DNA of 53,209 nt from Planctomycetia bacterium (GTDB taxonomy: Bacteria > Planctomycetota > Planctomycetia > Pirellulales > PALSA-1355): assembly GCA_041497975.1 (NCBI GenBank), contig JBGQHN010000003.1, positions 1 through 53,209 on the forward strand. Reading direction: 5' to 3'. The position numbers were made by a program, and so were the translations under genes. Each line of letters starts with the position of its first letter. Positions within the stretch are counted from its first letter, which is position 1. Positions 29,776 through 39,380 of the stretch are shown here, in pieces. Below the pieces are notes generated by a model. It was not told the DNA's origin. It was given only the letters and a program-made list of their open reading frames with translations, and made no database searches.

Positions 29776-30264
29776 ATGTCCACCTTCGAGCGCGAGGAAT
29801 TCAAGTGGCGCGAAACCTATTTCGTGCTGTTCGATTCCGCCAAACGTCCCACGTTGAAGAAGGTGGAGCGTATGCTGCGCGACTTGAGCGAGCGATTCGA
29901 GCTGTCCAACATCCGCGCCGACGAGGACGGCCGCTTCGAATCGATCACCGTCATGTCGCCCGACGACTATGCGGCGCTCGACATCAGCTACGAATCGGGC
30001 GAGGAGGTGCTGGAGCAAGGCGCATTGCTGCAGCAGGAAATGAAGAGCTCGGCCAGCGACGACGAGGAACGCGCCAAATTGGCCCGGCTTTCCAAGTGCG
30101 ACGCGCGATTTGATTTACTGCACTTCGAGCAAACGAGCGGCGACGAGCCGGAGGACGAAGGCGACGAAATGCTCGACCCCAGCGCGCTGTTAATCGTGCT
30201 GGATGCCCTGGTCGAGCTGACCGGCGGCGTGGGCGTTGATCCGCAATCGGGTACGCTGCTATGA
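29776..30264 (+). CDS. Acidic conserved hypothetical protein
   Basis: MSTFERE.FKWRETYFVLF..LDPSALL..GVGVDPQSG. Confidence 0.75.
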   Translation: MSTFEREEFKWRETYFVLFDSAKRPTLKKVERMLRDLSERFELSNIRADEDGRFESITVMSPDDYAALDISYESGEEVLEQGALLQQEMKSSASDDEERAKLARLSKCDARFDLLHFEQTSGDEPEDEGDEMLDPSALLIVLDALVELTGGVGVDPQSGTLL

Positions 30265-30382
30265 TCGATCGTGCGCGCCATTAATCGGCGCCGTCCAGCG
30301 TTCTTGCGTGCGTCCGGGGGGCGGCGGTCGCACAAATGCAAACGCGCCACCGGCGCGACAAGCCCCCTTTTTCGATTGACTC

Positions 30383-30946
30383 ATGCTCGCCAAAGACATC
30401 AAGAACGGCACGGTCGTCAACTACAACGACGCGCCGTGCATCATCGAAACGATCAGCGTGCAAAGCCCTTCGGCGCGGGGAGCGGCGACCATCTACAAGT
30501 ATCGGGCCCGCAACCTGGTCACCAAGGCGAAAATCGACATCGTGCTGCGCGGCGGTGAATCGCTGGACGAAGCCAATTTCGAGCGCCGGCCCATCAAATT
30601 CATGTACGCCGACGCCTCGCACATGCACTTTCTCGATTCCCAGGACTACAACCAGTATTCCCTGCCACTGGCGGACATCGAATACGAGTCCAAATTCTTG
30701 ACCGAAAACCTGGAAGGCGTGCAAGCGCTCATCTACAACGATGAGTGCGTCGGACTGCAGCTCCCGGTCGTCGTGGAACTGAAAGTCACGCAATGCGATC
30801 CGGGCGTAAAGGGCAATTCGGCCACGGGACGAACCAAGCCGGCCACGTTGCAGACGGGACTCATCGTGCACGTGCCCGAGTACCTGGCCCAGGGTGAGAT
30901 CGTCAAAGTCGACACGCGCAGCGGCGAGTTTCTGTCGCGAGCGTGA
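30383..30946 (+). CDS. efpL: Elongation factor P-like protein (EfpL/YeiP subfamily)
   Basis: EF-P C-terminal GNSATGRTKPATLQTG..VPEYL..VKVDTR; loop SPSARGAAT rather than canonical PGKG. Confidence 0.85.
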   Translation: MLAKDIKNGTVVNYNDAPCIIETISVQSPSARGAATIYKYRARNLVTKAKIDIVLRGGESLDEANFERRPIKFMYADASHMHFLDSQDYNQYSLPLADIEYESKFLTENLEGVQALIYNDECVGLQLPVVVELKVTQCDPGVKGNSATGRTKPATLQTGLIVHVPEYLAQGEIVKVDTRSGEFLSRA

Positions 30947-30963
30947 AGCGCTCCTGCTCAGCA
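30940..30963 (+). repeat. 24-bp direct repeat, left copy
   Basis: AGCGTGAAGCGCTCCTGCTCAGCA identical to 31632-31655; includes the efpL TGA. Confidence 0.95.
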
Positions 30964-30967
30964 TTCG

Positions 30968-30995
30968 GGGTGGCACCGACAACTTGTTGTCGGTG
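30968..30995 (+). repeat. REP-like palindrome (left)
   Basis: GGGTGG foot then CACCGACAAC-tt-GTTGTCGGTG. Confidence 0.85.
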
Positions 30996-31077
30996 TTGCG
31001 AAGCAATGGGAGGGATTTCAAGTGGGCTCGCAATGGCATAAGTTGCCGCGATCCCAGCGGACGCGTACCGTGATCAC

Positions 31078-31587
31078 ATGGCGAAACGGAGAATCTACGA
31101 CCAGCAGCGACGCGCGTATTTTGTCACGTATTCGTGCTATCGACGGCGGCGGTTACTCGACGACGACCGTGCAAAACGGATGGTGCTAGGCACCCTGAAC
31201 GCGCAATTGCGCCGCTTGGCTGGAAGGTGTGTAGGGTTCGTTGTCATGCCCAACCATGTGCATGCCATCGTCTGGTTTTCTGAGGAAGGCCAGTCGAGCG
31301 AGTTCATGAAACAATGGAAGAGAACCAGCAGCCTGCGGATTCGACAACTTTTCACCAACACCTTGACCGCGTACGCGGACCATGTCGCGCACGCGCCTGT
31401 TTGGCAAGCCAAGTACTACGTGTTCAACATCTACAGCCGGCGCAAGATGGAGGAAAAGCTGGCCTACATGCACCAAAATCCGGTTCGGGCGGGACTCGTA
31501 CGCAATGCTTGCGAATGGCGCTTTAGTTCGGCGCGTCATTATGAATTGAACAAGTCCGTGGGCGTTAAGGTCGGCTGGCTCGAATAA
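31078..31587 (+). CDS. REP-associated tyrosine transposase (RAYT, Y1 HUH family)
   Basis: YFVTYSC, VVMPNHVH (HUH), VWQ, YMHQNPVRAGL (catalytic Tyr), WRFSS. Confidence 0.92.
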   Translation: MAKRRIYDQQRRAYFVTYSCYRRRRLLDDDRAKRMVLGTLNAQLRRLAGRCVGFVVMPNHVHAIVWFSEEGQSSEFMKQWKRTSSLRIRQLFTNTLTAYADHVAHAPVWQAKYYVFNIYSRRKMEEKLAYMHQNPVRAGLVRNACEWRFSSARHYELNKSVGVKVGWLE

Positions 31588-31602
31588 CCTCTTGTGCCTG
31601 CG

Positions 31603-31631
31603 GCACCCCGACAAAAATGTCGGGGCCACCC
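31603..31631 (-). repeat. REP-like palindrome (right, inverted)
   Basis: Reverse complement GGGTGG-CCCCGACA-tttt-TGTCGGGG. Confidence 0.85.
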
Positions 31632-31655
31632 AGCGTGAAGCGCTCCTGCTCAGCA
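31632..31655 (+). repeat. 24-bp direct repeat, right copy
   Basis: Identical to 30940-30963. Confidence 0.95.
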
Positions 31656-31656
31656 G

Positions 31657-32457
31657 TCAAGACCGTGCGTCGGGCCGTTCGAGCTGGGCGTAGCCGGCGT
31701 CGCCCGCGGGGATCAACCGCCGCGGCTGACCACTCCACCACACCATGACGCGCCCGACCAGCCGCTCGTCGGTAGCCAGCTCGACCACGGCGTCGGCAAT
31801 TTCGTCCAGCGACGTCAGCACCTCTGGCACACCTTGCTCGCGGCGCTGTTGGGGCGTCAGGGCATCGAAATACTCCTTGACCTCCGGTGTCGCCACCCAG
31901 TCGGGAACCAGGCAGTTCACTCTGATCTTCTCGCGGTCGGCCAGCGGGGCAAGCATGGTCGCAAGTCGCAGCACGCCGGCCTTGGCCACGTCGTAGCCTG
32001 GTGAGTTCGAGGGCTTGTGGCCGTGTCCCACGGCCGAGGTCGAGCCGATGTTGACGATCACCCCGCCCCCGCGCCGCCGCATGGCGTCGATCGCGTGCCA
32101 GGTGGCGTACATCGTTCCCAGCAGGTCGACCTGCACGGCATCGAACCAGCGCGCCAGCAGCCCTTGGCCCGGATAGGGCGCCGACGCGTTGTTCACCAGC
32201 ACGTCGACGCCGCCGTAGGTTTCTTCGGCAAACGCGACGAGCGCGCGGACATCGCCCTCCACCGCCACATCCGCGCGCATAAACACGGCGCGACCGGCGA
32301 CCTCGCCGATCAGCCGGACCGTCTCTCGACCGCCCGGCTCGTCGATGTCGCACACGACGACCGCCGCGCCGTCGCGAGCCATGCGCCGCGCGATCGCGCG
32401 GCCCGAACCGGGGCCACCCGCTCCGGTGACAATCGCCACTTTGCCGGCTAGCTGCAT
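31657..32457 (-). CDS. SDR family oxidoreductase
   Basis: TGAGGPGSG, LVNNA, IGS, YDVAK (YxxxK), IRVNCLVP. Confidence 0.9.
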   Translation of the reverse strand: MQLAGKVAIVTGAGGPGSGRAIARRMARDGAAVVVCDIDEPGGRETVRLIGEVAGRAVFMRADVAVEGDVRALVAFAEETYGGVDVLVNNASAPYPGQGLLARWFDAVQVDLLGTMYATWHAIDAMRRRGGGVIVNIGSTSAVGHGHKPSNSPGYDVAKAGVLRLATMLAPLADREKIRVNCLVPDWVATPEVKEYFDALTPQQRREQGVPEVLTSLDEIADAVVELATDERLVGRVMVWWSGQPRRLIPAGDAGYAQLERPDARS

Positions 32458-32529
32458 AGGCCGCACCGGTAGACGCCGCTCACGGCACAGACGGCTGGGG
32501 ACGCCCCATTTGCGTGGACCGATTCGCGG

Positions 32530-32670
32530 CTATTTCTTGTTCTTACGCTTCTTGGAGGTCATCTTCTTGCTAGCTTTGGTTTTGGCAGGCGCCGATTTCT
32601 TCCCTCTGCCGAATGCCGTTTCCCAACCGTCCGAGTACTTCTTCGTTGCGCCAACACGAACAATAGTCAC
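32530..32670 (-). CDS. Small Lys-rich protein (46 aa), absent from ORF track
   Basis: GAGGTG RBS 7 nt before GTG; MTIVRVGATKKYSDGWETAFGRGKKSAPAKTKASKKMTSKKRKNKK. Confidence 0.75.
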   Translation of the reverse strand: MTIVRVGATKKYSDGWETAFGRGKKSAPAKTKASKKMTSKKRKNKK

Positions 32671-32798
32671 GGTAGTTCACCTCGAATCTTTTCTGGCCTT
32701 GAAGTCACCGCGGCCCGAGCGGCCGCGAACACGAATCTCGATTCTTTAGATATAGAAGCAAACGCGACGCGCGGTCAAGAGTCGGCGACACAGGGATG

Positions 32799-33290
32799 CT
32801 AAAACAGCGGTGGGCGGCCCAACTTGCGGCGAATGATGGCCCATTGCCCCGCGTGCATTACCCAATGCGTGCCCTGCATCGCGAAGACGTCGCCAATCCT
32901 TTTCAAGAAACTCCGCAAGCTTGGCGGCGATTCCTTGCTTAGTTCTTCGTCGCTCATCGTCTCCAGCACCGCCAACGTACCGGCCCGCTGCTGCTTGAAT
33001 AAATCCAGATACTCGGCCTTGGTCAAAAAGGCCTTTGGATCGTCGCTGCCGGCCGTCTTCTTGTCGTGCTTCTCCTTGAAGCCCGCGGGCAACTTCGGCA
33101 TTGAGCCTGGTCGAACCGCTTCCAGCATCATGTTTTCAGCGGCGATCAGGTGGCCGAGTTGCCAGGCGATGTGATTGGTGCCCGGGATGGGTCGAACCAA
33201 CAGGTCGGCGTCGCTTAAGTCCGCGAGGTACGACTCGACCAGATGTTGCCCGCCGTTGATTGCCGATTTGAGAGCTTGTTGGGTGTCCAT
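32799..33290 (-). CDS. DinB family protein
   Basis: NHIAWQLGHL and HWVMHAGQ His triad; RRKLG C-terminus. Confidence 0.88.
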   Translation of the reverse strand: MDTQQALKSAINGGQHLVESYLADLSDADLLVRPIPGTNHIAWQLGHLIAAENMMLEAVRPGSMPKLPAGFKEKHDKKTAGSDDPKAFLTKAEYLDLFKQQRAGTLAVLETMSDEELSKESPPSLRSFLKRIGDVFAMQGTHWVMHAGQWAIIRRKLGRPPLF

Positions 33291-33618
33291 GACGTGAATT
33301 CCTGGTTAATGATCCGGGCCATTGCCGCCCCGCCGCGGTCGACCGGGAAGTGTGCATGACGCTTGCTTCGAGTGCCCCAAGGCCATTGTTCTAGCGTGTC
33401 GAACGCGGAAATTCCACACCCACCGACCAGCCGGCCCGCCGGCAAGAAACGATCGACACATTGCTCCTGCGCCAGCACCCAGCGCCCAAAAGCGAAAATC
33501 CAAAATCTTCTGGGCAACTTTTTCGGCTTCCGGCCGACAATAGGATAAATCGACGCGGGCCGCCGCCGGCCCCGGGGATAGGGACTCTCACAACTTTTTC
33601 GAGAGAGGAGAAATCGCC

Positions 33619-34185
33619 ATGCGCGTCTTTAAGGTCCTCGGTACGCGCCACTACGGCCGGCAAATTCAAGTCGCCAAGTACACCAAGCACGCCAACGGCG
33701 TCCACATCGAGATCGCCCACAACGTGCCGTCCGAGGCCGGCAAGGTGCTCCAATGGGTACAGACCGTCTCGGACAACGGATCGTTCTTCAAGGATTGCCG
33801 GTTGAACCCGCACGTCGACCCCTATGGCAAGGGCGGGGCCGTGAACACAACCAACTTGCCCGGCTTTCCGGGCGAGTGTAAGGCCGACGATCTACTGCCG
33901 TTCTACTACACGGACGCCGAGATTACAGCGGGCAGCGGGGCGACGCTCAACGATACGCCGGGCGAAGCCCGCCCAGCCTCCGGCCGCACGTGGACCAACT
34001 TCGTCACCGCCTTGACCGAGGTGACCGACAAGACCGTGCATCACCTGGTGGCCGTCACTTGGGGATACGACCTGTTCCCCGACGGCACCGTGAAGGAAAA
34101 CGGCATTCACCGCGCGACCCGAGAAGAAATGAAGGCCCACGGCCAGACGCTGAAGAGGATGTATCCCACGTACCGCTATACGTAA
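33619..34185 (+). CDS. Hypothetical protein
   Basis: Strong GAGGAG RBS and biased codon usage; no family recognised. Confidence 0.8.
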   Translation: MRVFKVLGTRHYGRQIQVAKYTKHANGVHIEIAHNVPSEAGKVLQWVQTVSDNGSFFKDCRLNPHVDPYGKGGAVNTTNLPGFPGECKADDLLPFYYTDAEITAGSGATLNDTPGEARPASGRTWTNFVTALTEVTDKTVHHLVAVTWGYDLFPDGTVKENGIHRATREEMKAHGQTLKRMYPTYRYT

Positions 34186-34208
34186 GAATGTATGAAGACT
34201 ACCCCAGC

Positions 34209-35882
34209 TCAATGCTTGAGCTTCTTATAGCGGATCCTATGCGGCTGATCCGCTTCCAAGCCAAGCCGCTCCTTGCGCTGTGTTTCGTAGGTATCAAAGT
34301 TCCCTTCGCACCAGTGCACGTAGCTGTTGCCCTCGAACGCCAGGATGTGGGTCGCCACGCGGTCCAAAAACCAACGATCGTGGCTGATCACCACCACGCA
34401 GCCGGCAAAATTGAGGATCGCTTCTTCCAATGCTCGCAACGTGTCGACATCCAGGTCGTTGGTGGGTTCGTCGAGCAGCAGGACGTTCGAGCCGCGGCGC
34501 AATAGCTTCGCCAGGTGCACTCGATTGCGCTCGCCGCCGGACAGGTCACCCACTTTCTTCTGCTGATCCGGGCCCTGGAAATTGAAGCGGGCAACGTACG
34601 CGCGGGCGTTCATCTTGCGGCTGCCCATCTCGAGCGTGTCGTTGCCGCCGGAGATTTCTTCATACACCGTGCTGTTGGCGTTCAAGGCGTCGCGGTTCTG
34701 ATCGACGTAGCCCAGCTCGACCGATTCGCCAATGCGGATTTCGCCCGCGTCGGGCTTTTCCTGGCCGATGATCATGCGGAACAGCGTGGTCTTGCCGACG
34801 CCATTGGCGCCGATCACTCCCACGATTCCACCGGGGGGCAACCGAAAACTCAAGTTTTCGATGAGCAGCTTGTCCCCATAGCCCTTGGAAAGGTTCTTGG
34901 CCTCGACCACCAGGTCGCCCAGGTGTTTTCCGGGCGGGATCTGGATTTCCAATTCGGTCTCGCGATCCTGGAATTCCTGCCGCGACATTTCCTCGTAGGC
35001 TTTGATGCGGGCCTTGCTCTTGGCTTGCCGTGCCCGCGGGGCCATGCGGATCCACTCCAGCTCGCGATCGAGCGACTTTTGGCGCGCCGAGGCCGCCTTC
35101 TCTTCCTGGACAAGGCGGTTTTTCTTTTGCTCCAGCCAAGACGAGTAGTTGCCTTCCCAGGGAATGCCCTGCCCGCGGTCGAGTTCCAGGATCCAACCGG
35201 CCACGTTGTCGAGAAAGTAGCGGTCGTGGGTGACGGCGACGACGGTGCCGGGGTATTCGGCCAGGTGCCGTTCGAGCCAGGCCACGCTTTCAGCGTCGAG
35301 ATGATTGGTCGGCTCGTCCAGCAACAGCAGGTCGGGTCGCTGGAGCAGGATTTTGCACAAGGCGACGCGCCGCCGCTCGCCGCCGGAGAGCGTCGCCACG
35401 TCGGCGTCGCCCGGCGGCAGATTCATGGCGTCCATCGCAATTTCAACCTGGCGATCGAGTTCCCAAGCGTTTTGGGCCTCGATTTGGTCCTGCACCTTGG
35501 CCTGTTCGGCAAGCAGTTTCTCCATTTCCTCGGGGCTGATGTCCTCCCCAAGTCGTTGGTTGATTTCATCGAAACGCCGCAGCACTTTGCGCGTGGGCTC
35601 GACGGCCTCCTCGACATTGCCCCACACGTCCTTGTTGGGGTTCAGTTGCGGTTCTTGGGATAGGTAGCCCGCCGTGAAACCGGCGGTCAGCGTGGCCTCT
35701 CCGTCGAACTCGCGGTCGGTACCGGCCATGATCCGCAGGAGCGTGCTCTTGCCGGACCCGTTGCGGCCCAAGACGCCGATCTTGGCCGACGGATAGAAGG
35801 CCAGCCAGATGTTCTTAAGAACCTCCCGCTGACCGTACTTCTTCGTCAAGTCGGCGATTTGAAAAACGTATTGCTTGCCCAT
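34209..35882 (-). CDS. ettA: Energy-dependent translational throttle ABC-F protein
   Basis: [14 protein letters not shown], two LSGGE motifs, [18 protein letters not shown] linker, PHRIRYKKL end. Confidence 0.95.
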   Translation of the reverse strand: MGKQYVFQIADLTKKYGQREVLKNIWLAFYPSAKIGVLGRNGSGKSTLLRIMAGTDREFDGEATLTAGFTAGYLSQEPQLNPNKDVWGNVEEAVEPTRKVLRRFDEINQRLGEDISPEEMEKLLAEQAKVQDQIEAQNAWELDRQVEIAMDAMNLPPGDADVATLSGGERRRVALCKILLQRPDLLLLDEPTNHLDAESVAWLERHLAEYPGTVVAVTHDRYFLDNVAGWILELDRGQGIPWEGNYSSWLEQKKNRLVQEEKAASARQKSLDRELEWIRMAPRARQAKSKARIKAYEEMSRQEFQDRETELEIQIPPGKHLGDLVVEAKNLSKGYGDKLLIENLSFRLPPGGIVGVIGANGVGKTTLFRMIIGQEKPDAGEIRIGESVELGYVDQNRDALNANSTVYEEISGGNDTLEMGSRKMNARAYVARFNFQGPDQQKKVGDLSGGERNRVHLAKLLRRGSNVLLLDEPTNDLDVDTLRALEEAILNFAGCVVVISHDRWFLDRVATHILAFEGNSYVHWCEGNFDTYETQRKERLGLEADQPHRIRYKKLKH

Positions 35883-35946
35883 GGGGTAGGGACTGGGGTT
35901 CAGGGGGTTGGGGATTCGGGTCGTGGACCCGGGTCGTGGACCCGGG
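35883..35946. repeat. G-rich ~7-bp periodic tract plus 13-bp tandem repeat
   Basis: GGGGTAGGGACTGGGGTTCAGGGGGTTGGGGATTCGGG then (CGGGTCGTGGACC)x2. Confidence 0.75.
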
Positions 35947-36084
35947 ACAATGCGGTAACTCAAGGGCGTGCGTGCTATGCAACGACGAGCGAGGCAAGCG
36001 ACCGGACACGAAACATCAAGTGATTGATAGTCTCAAAAGAAATGATAGCGACTCTCGCGGTGCGTCAAGGCGCGGTCGGGGTCG

Positions 36085-36119
36085 CCCAACCCCCAAACCC
36101 TAATCCCCGGCCCCCAAAC
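36085..36119. repeat. C-rich heptamer tract
   Basis: CCCAACC CCCAAAC CCTAATC CCCGGCC CCCAAAC abutting the guaA stop. Confidence 0.75.
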
Positions 36120-37706
36120 TCACTCCCATTCGATCGTCGCGGGCGGCTTCGAGCTGATGTCATACACGACGCGGTTGACGCCGGGCACTTCATTGATAAT
36201 CCGCGTAGAAATCTTGGCCAACAGATCGTACGGCAAATGGCTCCAGTCGGCCGTCATGAAATCCTCGGTCGTGACGGCACGCACGGCGACCGTATCTTGA
36301 TAGGTGCGGGCATCGCCCATGACGCCGACGCTTTGGATCGGCAGCAGCACGGCGAAGACCTGGGACGTCGCGCGGTAAAGTCCGGCCGCTTTGACCTCAT
36401 GCACCACGATCGCGTCGGCCTCGCGCAGCGTGTCGAGCCGCACCTTGGTCACTTCGCCCAAGCAGCGAACTGCCAGGCCCGGGCCGGGAAACGGATGGCG
36501 CCACACGATTTCCTCGGGCAACCCGAGCCGCAAGCCCAGGCGGCGGACTTCGTCCTTGAACAGGTCGCGCAGAGGTTCGATCAACTCGAAGCTCAGGTCG
36601 GCCGGCAATCCACCCACGTTGTGGTGCAGCTTGATCGTTGCTGCCGGGCCATCGACGGCGGCGCCGCTTTCGATGACGTCGGGATACAGCGTGCCCTGGG
36701 CCAAAAAGCGGGCGCCTTCGATCTTGGCCGCCTCGTCGCTGAAACAGTCGATGAAGGCGTGGCCGATGCGACGACGTTTTTCCTGGGGATCCGTTACCCC
36801 GGCCAGCGCCCGCAGGAACTTGTCCTCGGCCTTGACGACGTGCAGATCGGTCTTGAAATGATTCGAGAACTGCTCGATGACCGAGAATTCTTCGTTCTTG
36901 CGCAGCAATCCGTTGTCAATCAGGATGCAGGAAAGTTGCGGCCCGATGGCGCGATAGATGAGCGCCGCCACGACCGAGGAGTCGACGCCACCGGACAGGC
37001 CGCAAATCACGCGATCGGATCCAACGCGATTGCGAATTTCCTCGATTGCCTGGTCGGCAAAGTCGCCCAACTGCCAGGTCCCCTTACAACCGCAAATTCT
37101 GGTCAAGAAATTGGCCAGCACCTGCGAGCCCAGCGGCGTATGGGTCACCTCCGGGTGAAACTGCAAGCCGAATACCGGCAAGGACGCATGTTTGACCGCG
37201 GCGACCGGGCAGGTGCTGGTTTCGGCCAAGGGCACGAAATTCGCCGACATTCCGGACACCTGGTCGCCATGGCTCATCCAGACTTCGATGTCGTCGGGCA
37301 CGCCGTCGAACAAGTCGGCGTGCGAAGTAATGTGCACGTTGGCCCGGCCGAATTCGCGCTTTTTTGCCCCGTCGACCTTGCCACCCAGCGCTTCGCACGC
37401 CAGATGCAACCCATAGCAGATGCCCAAGATGGGGATGCCCAGGCGAAATATTTCGGGATCGCATTTCGGCGCGCCGGCGTCATAAACGCTGGCTGGCCCG
37501 CCGGAGAGAATGATGCCGCGCGGAGCGAGTTCGCGCACTCGCTCGGCGGTGATGTCGTGGCGTAAGATTTCGCAATAGACGTGCTGCTCCCGCACCCGCC
37601 GGGCGATCAGTTGGGCATATTGCGCACCAAAGTCCAACACCAGGACCTTCTCATCGGCCACCAGTGCCCCTCGATGCTCACCCGCTACAGCGTTCGTAAG
37701 CGTCAC
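36120..37706 (-). CDS. guaA: GMP synthase (glutamine-hydrolysing)
   Basis: [45 protein letters not shown]. Confidence 0.97.
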   Translation of the reverse strand: MTLTNAVAGEHRGALVADEKVLVLDFGAQYAQLIARRVREQHVYCEILRHDITAERVRELAPRGIILSGGPASVYDAGAPKCDPEIFRLGIPILGICYGLHLACEALGGKVDGAKKREFGRANVHITSHADLFDGVPDDIEVWMSHGDQVSGMSANFVPLAETSTCPVAAVKHASLPVFGLQFHPEVTHTPLGSQVLANFLTRICGCKGTWQLGDFADQAIEEIRNRVGSDRVICGLSGGVDSSVVAALIYRAIGPQLSCILIDNGLLRKNEEFSVIEQFSNHFKTDLHVVKAEDKFLRALAGVTDPQEKRRRIGHAFIDCFSDEAAKIEGARFLAQGTLYPDVIESGAAVDGPAATIKLHHNVGGLPADLSFELIEPLRDLFKDEVRRLGLRLGLPEEIVWRHPFPGPGLAVRCLGEVTKVRLDTLREADAIVVHEVKAAGLYRATSQVFAVLLPIQSVGVMGDARTYQDTVAVRAVTTEDFMTADWSHLPYDLLAKISTRIINEVPGVNRVVYDISSKPPATIEWE

Positions 37707-37947
37707 GCTTCGTTCGGCCTATGCGTTGCCAAGCGCGCCACCGTCGAGCGGGGGCGGTCGTTGGCCCAAGTAAACGAAAAGACCCGTCCAACGAGACGGG
37801 CAACAAAGAGCTGATTATAGGGCCCTCGGCCCGCGCGGGCTAGGGCCGCGTGGCGCGGCCATTTGCTTGTCGCCAAGTGTGCCACTATAGTCTAGGCTCA
37901 CGCGGCCGGCCTGGTCAGGCGGGCTGGCGAACAGAGTTGGAAAACCC

Positions 37948-38721
37948 GTGCTTATCTTGTTGACGAACGACGACGGCATCTATGCGCCCGGCCTGGCGGC
38001 GATGGAGCGCGAGCTGGAGCGCCTGGGCGACGTGTACGTCGTCGCGCCGGCCACCGAGCAAAGCGGTGTGGGCCATTCGATCACGTATTTGAATCCGCTG
38101 GTTGTCAAGGAATTATTCGAAGGCCGACAGCGCCGCGGTTGGGCGGTCGAGGGAAGCCCGGCCGATTGCGTCAAGATCGGCATTTTCGAATTCTGCCCCC
38201 GGCTGCCCGACCTGGTGATCAGCGGCATCAACGGTGGGTTGAACGCGGGCATCAACGTACTCTATTCGGGCACGGTGGCTGCGGCCATCGAGGGGGCCTT
38301 TTTCGGGATCACGAGCGTGGCGGTCTCGCTGGAATTCGACGAGCACGCCCGGTTTGACCGGGCCGCCGGGCTGGCGCGAAACGCCCTCGAAGAAATCCTG
38401 CGGAAGAAATCGGCCGGGCCGCAACTTTATAACTTGAACATCCCCACCGCGGCGCTCGAGGCCCCCAGATGTCAGGTCCGCGTGGTGCCGATGGGGCTGA
38501 CGCGCAGCGGAGAACAATACGAAAAACGGATCGATCCGCGCGGCCGGAGCTACTTTTGGGCGGTTTCGGACCCGGTGGAGCACTTCGGCGGACATGAAAC
38601 CGACGTTTCGGCCCTGCGAAAGGGGTATGTGACGCTCACGCCGCTGGATTTTGACTTGACCAAGCGGACGCTTTTGGCGGAAATGGAGCAGTGGCAGTTC
38701 GATCTTTCGAACGCGCGTTGA
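37948..38721 (+). CDS. surE: 5'/3'-nucleotidase SurE
   Basis: LLTNDDG, GSPADCV, SGIN, YSGTVAAA.EG, NLNIP. Confidence 0.95.
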   Translation: MLILLTNDDGIYAPGLAAMERELERLGDVYVVAPATEQSGVGHSITYLNPLVVKELFEGRQRRGWAVEGSPADCVKIGIFEFCPRLPDLVISGINGGLNAGINVLYSGTVAAAIEGAFFGITSVAVSLEFDEHARFDRAAGLARNALEEILRKKSAGPQLYNLNIPTAALEAPRCQVRVVPMGLTRSGEQYEKRIDPRGRSYFWAVSDPVEHFGGHETDVSALRKGYVTLTPLDFDLTKRTLLAEMEQWQFDLSNAR

Positions 38722-38754
38722 ACTTTGTGGGGCATTATCCGAACGGAGAAGAGC

Positions 38755-39309
38755 ATGAGAATCGTACTGACCATTAGTCTTATCGCTGGAATGGCCGCGC
38801 TGATGGGCTGCGAAGCCAGCGCGCCTAGTACTGCGGCAATGCAAACGGCGCAATCGACGGCGCCGCCGCCCCCACAGCCGGCTGCGCCAGCCGTAGCTGC
38901 GGACAATCCCGAGGCGACGGCCGACTCGCCGGCATCAACCGAAAAAGCGCCGGCGGGCCAAGGCGCCACCGCCGAGCCGGAAGCCGATGCAGGTAATTCT
39001 GAAAGAGCAACAGTCGGCGCCGGCGCCAAGGGACGCGATTATGGCGGACCGGGATTTGTCACGACTCCGATCGAGGCCCTGTTCCGAGCCGACGACCTGA
39101 TCGTCTTTGAAACCCATATTCCCAACAACATGAAAATCTACAAGGCCGAACACGACAACAAGGGTCCCAAGACGCACGAAGAGTTCATGCAGGTAATCAT
39201 CAAGGACGGAGGCGTCAGGCTGCCTGAACTCCCGGCCGGCGACGAGTATTGGTATGACCCCAAGACCGAGCAATTGATGGTCCGGCATCCGAAGCCCGAG
39301 CAACCTTAG
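38755..39309 (+). CDS. Putative lipoprotein
   Basis: LMGC lipobox, Pro/Ala linker, LPELPAGDEYWYDP C-terminal motif. Confidence 0.75.
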   Translation: MRIVLTISLIAGMAALMGCEASAPSTAAMQTAQSTAPPPPQPAAPAVAADNPEATADSPASTEKAPAGQGATAEPEADAGNSERATVGAGAKGRDYGGPGFVTTPIEALFRADDLIVFETHIPNNMKIYKAEHDNKGPKTHEEFMQVIIKDGGVRLPELPAGDEYWYDPKTEQLMVRHPKPEQP

Positions 39310-39380
39310 GCGGTCGCCGTAGCAGGGCAATTCGCCGTCCGCGCAGACTTAACGGGCGGCGACCAAGCCCGCGGCGCTAT

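Larger units (their letters stand above)
30964..31631 (+). mobile_element. REP-RAYT-REP module bounded by 24-bp direct repeats
   Basis: Y1 transposase between two inverted GGGTGGC-hairpin REPs located at the element ends. Confidence 0.8.

Noticed and set aside
28582-30018. 478-aa minus-strand ORF
   Set aside because: Antisense to proC and two well-supported genes.
30940-31655. 24-bp direct repeats as a CRISPR array
   Set aside because: Only two copies, separated by 668 bp containing a transposase; no cas genes.
34515-35663. 382-aa plus-strand ORF
   Set aside because: Antisense shadow of ettA.
36024-37565. 513-aa plus-strand ORF
   Set aside because: Antisense shadow of guaA caused by GC-rich codon bias; no recognisable motifs.
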